Assembly: GCA_965644315.1 (NCBI GenBank)
Contig: CBFFRQ010000177.1
Location: 1-28,052, forward strand
Origin: Caecitellus pseudoparvulus
Taxonomy: Eukaryota; Protista; Bigyra: Bicosoecida
Reading direction: 5' to 3'
Length of the DNA stretch: 28,052 nucleotides
Under the pieces are notes generated by a model that ran no database searches, was not told the origin of the DNA, and was given only the letters and a program-made list of their open reading frames with translations. Positions within the stretch are counted from its first letter, which is position 1. The number at the start of each line of letters is the position of its first letter. Both the position numbers and the translations under genes were made by a program. This document shows positions 19,616-28,052 of this stretch, piece by piece.

Positions 19616-21696
19616 TCAACGAGGTCGCCTGGGCCGCTCGCGCGCGCGTCTGGGTTAAGGACGACCCACTCAGTGGTTTGGTCGGTCGGCGATGTCTCTG
19701 CTTCCAGATTCAGGTCTACCATAGCGGCGGGAGGGGATCCCAGCCCGGAGGGATCCACGGTCTCCGGGTGAGAGAGGCGGTCCGCCTGCCAATTCAACCA
19801 CCGCCTCTCCCACCGAGCGACGAGGCGAATCCGCAGGCGCCTCTGCGCTAGGGCGAGGCAACGACAAAACTCAGTCATCGTTTCCGAACGGAGACTATAG
19901 CCGCGCTGGTGGATGGCCGCCGCGGCCCGTGAATCCACCACTGACTCCAGAAGAACCGGTGTACCGGGGCGCAGGCGATCCCGCACCATGCCGGCCGCCA
20001 CGACCTGCCAGAACAGAGCCGCTACCTCCCAGGTCGTGGAGAGGCCGGAGGTACGCAGCGTTCCCGGAGCGGAGCCGGCGACGCGCCGCGTCCAGGCCCA
20101 AGCCGTGGCCATGGTGCCACCGGCCGAGCGGTGCACGGTAAGAAACCCTCCCATGCCCCCGTCGCCTGCCGCGTCTGTCGCTCCGAACAGGGTAAGGCGG
20201 GAGTCGGTCGCGATAGGGACGGCGTCCCGAAGCAGGCGCGGGGCGTGGGGGAACTGCAGTTGTTGTGCGAACCATTCGAGGGCCGCCAGGGCCGAGCGGG
20301 GGATGTTCAGGGGTCGTGACCAGCTCGTAAAGCGAAAGGCCGGCTCCCCCATAGCACGGTAGAGGGGGGCGAGCCGCGCCCGACCCTCTGTCATCAGTTC
20401 CGCGGGGCGACGAAGCTGCGAGGTGAGGGCTGCGAAAGCGCGCTTCCGGAGCCCCCGAGTGTCGCTGTGCAGGCGCTCGACCACCAGCTCCAGTGCCACT
20501 GCGAGGAAGACTCGCTTGTGTTCCGGGAACCGGACCGCGACCCCCGCGGGCTGCGCCGAGAGGTGAAAGCCCAAGTAGTCAACCTCAGACGCCGGCCCCT
20601 GTAGCTTGGGCGCGCTTAGCCCCAGCCCCAGCAGGTGGAAACAATCCTTTACACCCTGCAGCACCTCGGCAGCCCGGTCTCGTGGGCTCGCCACCAGCAG
20701 GTCATCCATGTAGACCATGACCGCCGCCGAAGGGAAACGGGCCCGCAGAGTCTGTGCCAGCAGACCGGAGACCAAGCAGAAGACGAAGGGAGCCGCGGCC
20801 CACCCGAACGGGACGCGGCGCAACTCAAGAGGAGAAGTCCCGTCCCCGACCATGGTAAAGCGCCAGGCCGCGCGGGGGGCCACTGGGATGGTGGTGAACC
20901 CGTCCTTCACGTCTGCCACGATAAGCTGTTTGCCGCCCCCGACGCTGCACAACCACTCGGCCAGCGTCGGGTACACAAAGGGGATGCTGGCGGTGACGGC
21001 ATTGACCGCAGCCAGGTCGAACACGACCCGGTCCTTCCGGGCGCATAGCGAGGAGGGCGGCTGAGCAGACTTGGCCCCGGTGACGAAGTCGACTGCCTCG
21101 CGGGGACACGACTCAGCCCAACGCCTCAGGCGGTCGGGGCAGTCGGGCTCCGGGTTGAGGGACCACTTGGAGACCACGAACGCGGAAGCTACTGGAACCC
21201 CTTGGCGTCTCCTGGCGCGCATGTCCGCCGCGTCGAGAGGGACCGCCACCTCATCGCGCAACAACTGGGCGAAGCGATCCGCCAACGCCCGACGCTCCCG
21301 AGCCAGCACGCTGTAGGGCCTCTCCACTGAAAGCCGCCGGGGGGGGGGTGCTACCATGAGGTCTCCGGGATCCACGCCCTCCGTGGACACCCAGACGATG
21401 ACCCGGGCGGCCGGGCATCGCTGCAGCTGGGCTGCTACCCGGGAATCCCGCCCGCACACAGGGCACAACGTGCAGTGCGCCTGCCAGCACCCGACCGGGT
21501 CCAGAAGGCCGACCCGCCGTGGACGCGCTGCTGCCGCCAGCAGCTGTTCGAAAAGCCGCTGCGGGCGGAGCGAGGTCCCCCGTCCACAGGCCCGTATGAC
21601 AGCCTCTAAGACGAAGGCCATCGCCAGGTGGTTGTCTGCCCGGGGGCTGCGCTCTTCCAGAGATCGGGAGGGGTCTCCGGCACTGGCCAGCGGCAA
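19543..21696 (-). CDS. Ngaro ORF2 reverse transcriptase / RNase H (first ATG at 21621; frame open from 21753)
   Basis: ADVKDGF, VPFGWAAAP, YMDDLL, DYLGF; RNase H motifs ATDAA, WEVAAL, VDSRAA, NWQADRLS. Confidence 0.92.
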   Translation of the reverse strand: MPLASAGDPSRSLEERSPRADNHLAMAFVLEAVIRACGRGTSLRPQRLFEQLLAAAARPRRVGLLDPVGCWQAHCTLCPVCGRDSRVAAQLQRCPAARVIVWVSTEGVDPGDLMVAPPPRRLSVERPYSVLARERRALADRFAQLLRDEVAVPLDAADMRARRRQGVPVASAFVVSKWSLNPEPDCPDRLRRWAESCPREAVDFVTGAKSAQPPSSLCARKDRVVFDLAAVNAVTASIPFVYPTLAEWLCSVGGGKQLIVADVKDGFTTIPVAPRAAWRFTMVGDGTSPLELRRVPFGWAAAPFVFCLVSGLLAQTLRARFPSAAVMVYMDDLLVASPRDRAAEVLQGVKDCFHLLGLGLSAPKLQGPASEVDYLGFHLSAQPAGVAVRFPEHKRVFLAVALELVVERLHSDTRGLRKRAFAALTSQLRRPAELMTEGRARLAPLYRAMGEPAFRFTSWSRPLNIPRSALAALEWFAQQLQFPHAPRLLRDAVPIATDSRLTLFGATDAAGDGGMGGFLTVHRSAGGTMATAWAWTRRVAGSAPGTLRTSGLSTTWEVAALFWQVVAAGMVRDRLRPGTPVLLESVVDSRAAAAIHQRGYSLRSETMTEFCRCLALAQRRLRIRLVARWERRWLNWQADRLSHPETVDPSGLGSPPAAMVDLNLEAETSPTDQTTEWVVLNPDARASGPGDLVDCVTTAEQAALLLTQGGSSSRKSN

Positions 21697-21719
21697 CGAA
21701 CCCCCCGGGCGGCGAGTTC

Positions 21720-23708
21720 CTATGCGCGGACACGTTCGAGGAGAAGGCCGAGCTTAGGTTCGCGCTTCGCGTACTCTCGCGCGAACTCACCGCCTTTGCT
21801 CCGCATCTTGGCACGGACGCGTCGGAGGAGAATAGTGAGGGCCTCCTCCTGGCCGCTGGCCTCCCCACCCCGCACGAGGGCCTGAACCTTCTCGCGTAGG
21901 CCTGGACAATCCTCGAGCGCATGTGTAGCGCACCTGGAAGAACAAGCCGTGCACCAAACGAAAGTGCGCGGGTCGTCGGCACCGAGTGGGGACCCCCTTC
22001 CCGGGCCGGCCACGTCGGCCGAGCCTCGGGGGGGCCGGCGCCCGCCCCTGGTGCCCTCGGCCGGTTGTGCCTCGGACCGGCGAGGGCGGGGAGACGGTGG
22101 CGGGGGTGCCGAGTGTGCCGCCGCCCCTTCCACCGCTATTTGGTGCAGCAGAGCAGAACGAGAGCTGGGGGCGACGGGGAGAAGGAGCGCTGACTCTGTC
22201 CTGATGGAGTCGGCCCACATCGCCGCCAAGCGCGCATCCGAGTCGGGGATCCGCGAGGCGCGCTTGCTACCCGCCATCGCCACCAGGCCCTCCAATGCGA
22301 TGGAGATCCAAACAATGAGCGAAAGCATCCTTCTCCAACCTCGCGTGTCCGCGAACATGAGACTGTCCGGGAGCAGCCAGACTGTGTCGAGCCATGCCCG
22401 GAGCATGTCCGCGGTGGTGCGACAGTCCAGAATCCTCCCCAGCAAGGACGCTAAGACGGACCGGCCCTTATAGCTGCCCATCATGACGCAGCGCAGCAGG
22501 GCGCCGCGTTCACAGCCGGCCCGCAGCACTTCTGTGTCCAGGACGACACGGACGCCACCGTCCTCCCCCGCCACGAAGTCCGTGACCAGCATGAGCCCTT
22601 CGTCCATCGAAATCCCAGACGCGTCCAGGTCCGTCCCGTGTAAGGGGCGCTGTACCCAGTCTGGAAGCGTAGACAACGCGCGAGCGGGGGGGGCGGGCAG
22701 ACCTGCGCATAAGAACGCACCGGTATCCATCGGGCCCGACGGCTTGGTCGGGCCGGTCCTGCAGAAGTCCAACATGCAAGCAGCTATTGGAGCGATTACC
22801 GACGCGCCCTGACGCTCCGGGAACACCCGACCCAATGCGGCGAGGAGCTGGCGCAACTCGTTGTCGTCGTCTCCGGGGTACGCGGCGACCCAGCGCCATG
22901 CGCCTAGCCTGAGCAAGACCGAATCCTGAGGGACGTCGGGAAAAGTACTCGCAATGCTGAGCGCTTCCGCCCCATCCGGCAGACCACCCGCGCCTGCCAG
23001 GGGCGGTGGCGCGACTTGGGGCGTGTCTGAGGATGCAGTGCCCCCCTCCTCGACACCGGCAGCCTCCGCGGTCGGCACGGAGGCCGGTTTCTCAACTTGC
23101 ACATTGGCCGGTGTGCCAGCTGACTCCCAGCCCCGCCAACCTTCCTCCCCCTCGTTCCAAGGAAAGAAGGCCGGACGTTTTGCCGCTGGTTCATCCAACC
23201 AGCCGCTATCCTTGCAGTGCTGTTCCAGGTCCTCCACAGTTACCTCCGGGGGCAGCTGGCACGCCGTCTTCCAGGCGGCCAGCTTCTCGGGGGACCAGGT
23301 TCGCCAGCCCCGCTGGGGGTCACAAGCGAACCTGGCACAGGTCCGGACGGCCTGAGCGCGGTCCACGCCCTCCGGCAAGGTCTCGGGAGGAACCAGGAAC
23401 AATGCAAGCGCCTCTTCAGGCGAGTGCGGCAGGGGGGCGGCCGAAGGCGCCGGAGCCGGCGCGCTAGCGCGCCGGCGGCTAGCCGCCCGCTCCACCGCCT
23501 CCATGAACCGCTCCTTCCCGTCCTCCCCCCCCAGGCGCCGCAGCCGATAGTGCTTCCCTACGGAACGCACATCGGCAAGGAGCGCCGAGGTCTGGACCCA
23601 GGTCCGTATGACCTCGACCTCGTACGACGCCACCAGGCCTTTCAGGGACGAGAACCGGAGAAGGTCCTCGACCCTAGCCAGGGGGGGTAGCGGGGCAGGG
23701 GCGGCCAT
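21720..23708 (-). CDS. Ngaro ORF1 (gag-like, 662 aa)
   Basis: ATG immediately after repeat A1. C-terminal CTACSSRCATHALEDC (Cx2Cx6Hx4C) knuckle. Confidence 0.8.
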   Translation of the reverse strand: MAAPAPLPPLARVEDLLRFSSLKGLVASYEVEVIRTWVQTSALLADVRSVGKHYRLRRLGGEDGKERFMEAVERAASRRRASAPAPAPSAAPLPHSPEEALALFLVPPETLPEGVDRAQAVRTCARFACDPQRGWRTWSPEKLAAWKTACQLPPEVTVEDLEQHCKDSGWLDEPAAKRPAFFPWNEGEEGWRGWESAGTPANVQVEKPASVPTAEAAGVEEGGTASSDTPQVAPPPLAGAGGLPDGAEALSIASTFPDVPQDSVLLRLGAWRWVAAYPGDDDNELRQLLAALGRVFPERQGASVIAPIAACMLDFCRTGPTKPSGPMDTGAFLCAGLPAPPARALSTLPDWVQRPLHGTDLDASGISMDEGLMLVTDFVAGEDGGVRVVLDTEVLRAGCERGALLRCVMMGSYKGRSVLASLLGRILDCRTTADMLRAWLDTVWLLPDSLMFADTRGWRRMLSLIVWISIALEGLVAMAGSKRASRIPDSDARLAAMWADSIRTESALLLPVAPSSRSALLHQIAVEGAAAHSAPPPPSPRPRRSEAQPAEGTRGGRRPPRGSADVAGPGRGSPLGADDPRTFVWCTACSSRCATHALEDCPGLREKVQALVRGGEASGQEEALTILLRRVRAKMRSKGGEFAREYAKREPKLGLLLERVRA

Positions 23709-23711
23709 GGC

Positions 23712-23878
23712 AAAAGAAAAAGGAAGCGGGCGAAGTCAGGGAGGAAGGTTAGAGGGGGCATCGACGTGAGGGTCTGAGGATGGGAGGCGAGGTGAAGAGT
23801 GCGCCCCAGGCGACACTGCCCCGCCTCCCTCCCTGCAGAACCCCCGCTTGCCACCCCCTGCGGGGGAGGCAACAGCAG
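23712..23878 (-). repeat. Ngaro repeat A1 (167 bp)
   Basis: Identical by eye to A2. Confidence 0.93.
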
Positions 23879-24193
23879 GTAGCGGACAACGCTCAGGTGC
23901 CCCACCTCGCACGCACCGATGAAGGCCCATTTGCGCCTGCACCTGTCTCCTGCTTCCTGTCCCCCAGGCTTGTCCTGCCAGCTCGTCAGCAGCGCGTGAA
24001 GCAGCTCTACGCTTCCTACCTCGCAAGCTACCTGAATTGCTTGGATGCCGTGAGTCAGGGTCAATGACTTGCCTAGGGAGCCCTCTTTACGTGCGCTACA
24101 CCTCAGCAGGCCAAGAAGCAACTCAGCATCATTCGTTGAGCAGGCTTTCTCCCACAAGGCGACCACTCCAGCTGAGCGCGCGTCACTTGCCAT
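23879..24193 (-). pseudogene. Ankyrin-repeat gene A, 5' half (105 codons)
   Basis: MASDARSAGVVALWEKAC...DAELL aligns with the N-termini of genes B and C. Ends AFIGACEVGHLSVVRY at the element boundary. Confidence 0.85.
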
Positions 24194-24947
24194 GTTGCGT
24201 TTGAGTGCGTCGAATTCCGCTGGAGGTGCTGCACCGAACGGCAAGCACTGAGACGGCTGGAGAGTGGATATATGAGACGACCGCAAGGTGAGCATTGAAA
24301 AGAAGCTTGCTGAAGGTTGTTTGTAGTTTGGATTAGTCGAGCGTTTGCTTGTGCTTTGCGGGAAAGGAGGGAAAAGGGGGGCTGCAAGAGCCAGCGTTGC
24401 GCAGGAGCACTTCGCAGCTGACGTTGCAGCGGCACGACCCGCGCACACCGCGACCTCTTAGCTCTACTGCGCACATCGGTGGATCAGTGACAAAGTAAAC
24501 GACATTTACTGCACCTCTTTCGACGCCCTCAACGATTGCTGCAGCAGCTTGCAACGAACCAGCTGCCACGGTACTTGCGTTGCGCTGCGGTGCAGGGAAG
24601 CGCAGAGAGTGCCCTTCATGCACTCTGTAGAGGCCCTACAGAAGTCCCGCAGGAAGGTACGCAGAATATAAGCTGACCCTGGCTGCCCTGATTGATATCA
24701 GGCATCGCTCCCAGCCCATGGCCCCTCACACACGGGACAGACATGCGACCCGGCCGACACTCATCGCCACACACCTTGAGAGTGCCAGACAAAACCACGG
24801 ACCCCGCCCTTGTGTGCGCCACAGTACCTCCACTTCTCACCCGTCACCACAGCATCACGGAGTCTGCCCTGCGCTGTGCTGCCCCCTCCGCATCTTGCCG
24901 TGAACATCGCCCCCATGCGGTAATTGCCACCTCGCCCCGCCCACGCG

Positions 24948-25862
24948 ATGGCAAGCCAGTGCGCCCCAGAGGCGACTGCGGCACAGTGGGAAGAGGCGTG
25001 TGCTCAGCTTGACGCAAACCACCTGTGGCGCATCTTGCGATGGGCCAGTGACCAGCCCGTCTCGTTGGCCAAGGCGTTGGGTGGAGCAGACACCACGGCT
25101 GGGATTCAGGCTGCATGTTGGAGCGGGCACTTGGAGCTGGTGCGAGGTCTGTTGGCGCTGACGGGTGATCTTGCAGTGGATGTGCATGCAAAGAATGAGT
25201 ATGGCTTCCGGTATGCTTGTCGAAATGGCCACTTGAGTGTTGTCCGCGAGCTCCTGGCACTCACCGATGAGATGGCAGTGGATGTGCATGCAGAAGATGG
25301 TGGTGGTCCTGAGGCTGGGCTCCGGTGGGCATGCCACAATGGACACTTGCAGGTGGTCCATGAGTTGCTTGCCCAAAGTGGCAGTCGAGCTGCTGAGGTG
25401 CACCTCAACCGAGAGCAAATGTTTCGTGGCGCTTGTCGGCGTGGGCAGGTGGACATTGTGCGTGCTCTCCTTTCTCTTGAGGGACATCGCGCTGTGGACG
25501 TGCACGCTCCGGATCGCCATGGCCATGACGCAGCCTTTAGAAGTGCATGCACCAACGGCCACACGGAAGTCGTGCGTGTGCTGTTGGCCCTGTCTGGAGC
25601 CCAGGCACTGGTCGTTGATGCACGCATGTGGCAGAGCCCGAAAGCCGCCTTCCGAGCCGCATGCACACATGGCCGCACAGGTGTTGTTTGTGAGCTGTTG
25701 GGCCTCACTGGCCCCCGCGCCATCCCAGACCACGTCTGGCGACAAGAAGGGGAGTTCGTCGCGCAAGCTGCTCGTGATGCAGTATGGGCTGGCACCAGCA
25801 CACGGCAAGGGCGGCGTTCAATGCTCTTCTTGAGAAATCGTGGTGCTGGACGAGCGGGATGA
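24948..25862 (+). CDS. Ankyrin-repeat protein B (304 aa)
   Basis: MASQCAPEATAAQWEEAC...; repeats of FRxACxNGHxxVVRELLALTG..VDVHA. Transcribed divergently from gene A. Confidence 0.88.
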   Translation: MASQCAPEATAAQWEEACAQLDANHLWRILRWASDQPVSLAKALGGADTTAGIQAACWSGHLELVRGLLALTGDLAVDVHAKNEYGFRYACRNGHLSVVRELLALTDEMAVDVHAEDGGGPEAGLRWACHNGHLQVVHELLAQSGSRAAEVHLNREQMFRGACRRGQVDIVRALLSLEGHRAVDVHAPDRHGHDAAFRSACTNGHTEVVRVLLALSGAQALVVDARMWQSPKAAFRAACTHGRTGVVCELLGLTGPRAIPDHVWRQEGEFVAQAARDAVWAGTSTRQGRRSMLFLRNRGAGRAG

Positions 25863-27053
25863 AACTCCCCTAGTACAGCGATTGTGGCTACCATGGTGGC
25901 AGCTGGATCTCGCGAACAAAGCGCCACAACCTCGTAAATGACGCTTCATCACCTCTGCTCTCTGGGATGGCGCCCCCGTCGTTCAATCGGGCCGATGATC
26001 TGAAAAAGAGGGCTCCTCTTCTGAACTTCCTGGCTCGGCGCACGGCTTGGGCCACTGCGTGTTGCACCTCAGGGCATGCACCGGGAGAGGCGTGCTTTCT
26101 GAACAGCATCTTTTTCCAGGAGCCCACCTTGTGCTCAAAGGGCCGCAAAAGGTCTCACGAGAAGGCCGCCTGCACCTTGGCCAAGCCTTCGCGGTTGTGC
26201 ATGATGTAGCACTCCCACAGGCGAATGACGCACATGATGTGCACAGTGAGGAGTGTTAGAGGGCGAGGCTTCTGCAATCAAGGAAGTTGGGTGTAGGGTG
26301 CGTGTGTAAAATACTGCCCTTGCAGGGGCGAAGCCGACGCCATGCCGGGCTGGGCCATGGCTTAACCTGCCACCACGTGGCTGGTAGCAACTTGGTGAGT
26401 GAAGAGCCATCCAACTATGCTTTTGAGAGGAGTGAATCTTGCGCCATGGCAGGGTAATTTCCGGCACAGGTGTGGGGATGGATATTTTGCTTGGCGCTCA
26501 AGTCTATGATAGTGGTTCTCCTCTGATAGAACGCTCCAACTCGCTGCCGGAGAATTGATCCACACTTGCCTGGGTCATAGGCACAGCCTGTCCATACGCG
26601 CTTCTGGCGTATCCCTTCCCTGCAAGTCTCCGTCGGCCTGGCCCTGCCACAGCTTCGGACACGGGCCAAGCTGGACACACTCTCCGCCTTGGCACAACTC
26701 AAACAATTCTTGCCAGGGGCGACGGAAATTCAGCCTGGAAACGATCAAACAACGACATTCGCTCGCTACCGGTTTGAACCTGTCTATTCCTGCACTGTGT
26801 CAGGAGGTGCGTGCCGCGCTGGCGTGTCGCGAGTAGTTGCGATAAACAAGCAAGTACTTCTCACACAATCTGTGCATACACGCTGACACAGCGGCAGCAA
26901 CTGCATGATCACAGACTTGGCATCATCTAGGTTTCAAAACTTCTCCTGCTGCATACCTGTTGCTCTTCTGCGAGCCATCACGGAGCATTACTCGCACGAG
27001 CTTGCCTCAACCTGTAGCTCCAACTTCAGCGTCGGCCACTGGCGTCACTCACC

Positions 27054-28052
27054 ATGGCAACTTGTGATGATCCGGAAAATCTCACAGCCCAGTGGGAAGC
27101 CGCCTGTGAAGAGGAGGATGCAGATCGGCTGTGGCACATCTTGCTACAAGCAAGCGCTCAGACTGCCACTTTGGCCGAGGCACTGGCGAGTTCAAACACA
27201 ACAGCTGGGTTTCACGTTGCGTGTCGAAAGGGCCATTTGGAGTTGATGTGTGGGTTACTGACTCAAACAGGTGGCCTGGAGGTGGATGTGAACGGGACAG
27301 ATGGCAGGTGGCCTGAGGCCGCCTTCCGATTGGCATGCGAGAATGGCCATACACACATTGTGCGTGAGCTGCTCGGCCTGACTGGGGTGCGGGCAGTGGA
27401 TGTGCACGTGGCGGATGGGGCTGGACCTGAAGCCGCCTTCCGAGAGGCATGCGCCAATGGCCACACAGACATCGTGCGTGAGCTGCTGGCCCTGACTGGG
27501 GCGCGGGAAGTGGATGTGCATGCAGCGGAGAAAATTTCAGTTGGGTGTCCCCGTACACGTACTTGCCCTGAGGCCGCCTTCAGAGGCGCATGCGCCAATG
27601 GCCACACAGACATCGTGCGTGAGCTGCTCGCCCTGACTGGGGCGCGGGCAGTGGATGTGCACGCGGCGGATGTGTGGGAGCCTGAGGCCGCCTTCCGGTG
27701 GGCATGCTGTAATGGTCACATGGACATCGTTCGTGAGCTGCTGGCTCTCACTGGGGCACAGGAAGTGGATGTGCACGCGGCAGATCGGCGTGGACCTGAG
27801 GCTGCCTTCCGACATGCATGCGCCAAGGGCCACACACACATCGTGCGTGAGCTGCTGGCCCTCTCTGGGGCGCGGGCAGTGGATGTGCACGCGGCGGACG
27901 TGCTTGGACCTGAGGCCGCCTTCCGACGGGCATGCGCCAAGGGTCACACAGACATCGTGCGTGAGCTGCTGGGTCTCACTGGAGCGCGGGCAGTGGATGT
28001 ACACGCGGCGGACGTGCTTGGACCTGAGGCCGCGTTTCGAGAGGCATGCGCC
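27054..28052 (+). CDS. Ankyrin-repeat protein C (partial, runs off the window)
   Basis: ATG 27054, MATCDDPENLTAQWEAACEEEDADRLW..., open to the window end. 114-bp units start at 27651, 27765, 27879 and 27993. Absent from the ORF track because there is no stop codon. Confidence 0.9.
   Translation, partial: MATCDDPENLTAQWEAACEEEDADRLWHILLQASAQTATLAEALASSNTTAGFHVACRKGHLELMCGLLTQTGGLEVDVNGTDGRWPEAAFRLACENGHTHIVRELLGLTGVRAVDVHVADGAGPEAAFREACANGHTDIVRELLALTGAREVDVHAAEKISVGCPRTRTCPEAAFRGACANGHTDIVRELLALTGARAVDVHAADVWEPEAAFRWACCNGHMDIVRELLALTGAQEVDVHAADRRGPEAAFRHACAKGHTHIVRELLALSGARAVDVHAADVLGPEAAFRRACAKGHTDIVRELLGLTGARAVDVHAADVLGPEAAFREACA

Larger units (their letters stand above)
17902..23878 (-). 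mobile_element. Ngaro-type (DIRS order) tyrosine-recombinase retrotransposon, 5977 bp, intact
   Basis: Split direct repeats A1-[gag, RT/RH, YR]-B1-A2-B2, no TSD, visibly higher GC than flanks. Confidence 0.93.

Noticed and set aside
27380-28052. Regularly spaced repeats resembling a CRISPR array
   Set aside because: They are 114-bp in-frame coding ankyrin units in a eukaryotic context.

Overview
This is a eukaryotic (probably protist) chromosome end, read from the telomere inward. From distal to proximal it contains: (1) a terminal (CCCTAA)n telomere (1-826); (2) E1, a ~7.6 kb non-LTR retrotransposon (~828-8436, 5' end toward the tip, no poly(A)) whose many-frameshifted coding region reconstructs as one polyprotein: N-terminal domain, NLS, candidate Josephin/papain-like Cys protease, APE endonuclease, RT and a CCHC knuckle; (3) an internal ~770 bp telomere tract; (4) two 5'-truncated 3'-end fragments separated by short telomeric spacers; (5) E2 (~9423-12350), a related intact element encoding only the N-terminal and protease part, with no EN or RT; (6) a 36 bp telomere remnant. 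E1 and E2 share 5' and 3' termini whose base changes preserve RNA helices. Together they look like an autonomous plus non-autonomous telomere-specific retroelement pair (HeT-A/TAHRE-like logic) living inside telomerase-type TTAGGG telomeres. The subtelomere holds a Crinkler/RHS-type NTPase+REase gene and three paralogous 38-aa ankyrin-repeat genes. One of these is split, exactly in frame and without a TSD, by an intact Ngaro-type tyrosine-recombinase retrotransposon (17902-23878, split direct repeats A1...B1-A2-B2). All calls come from reading motifs by eye; no database search or folding program was run.
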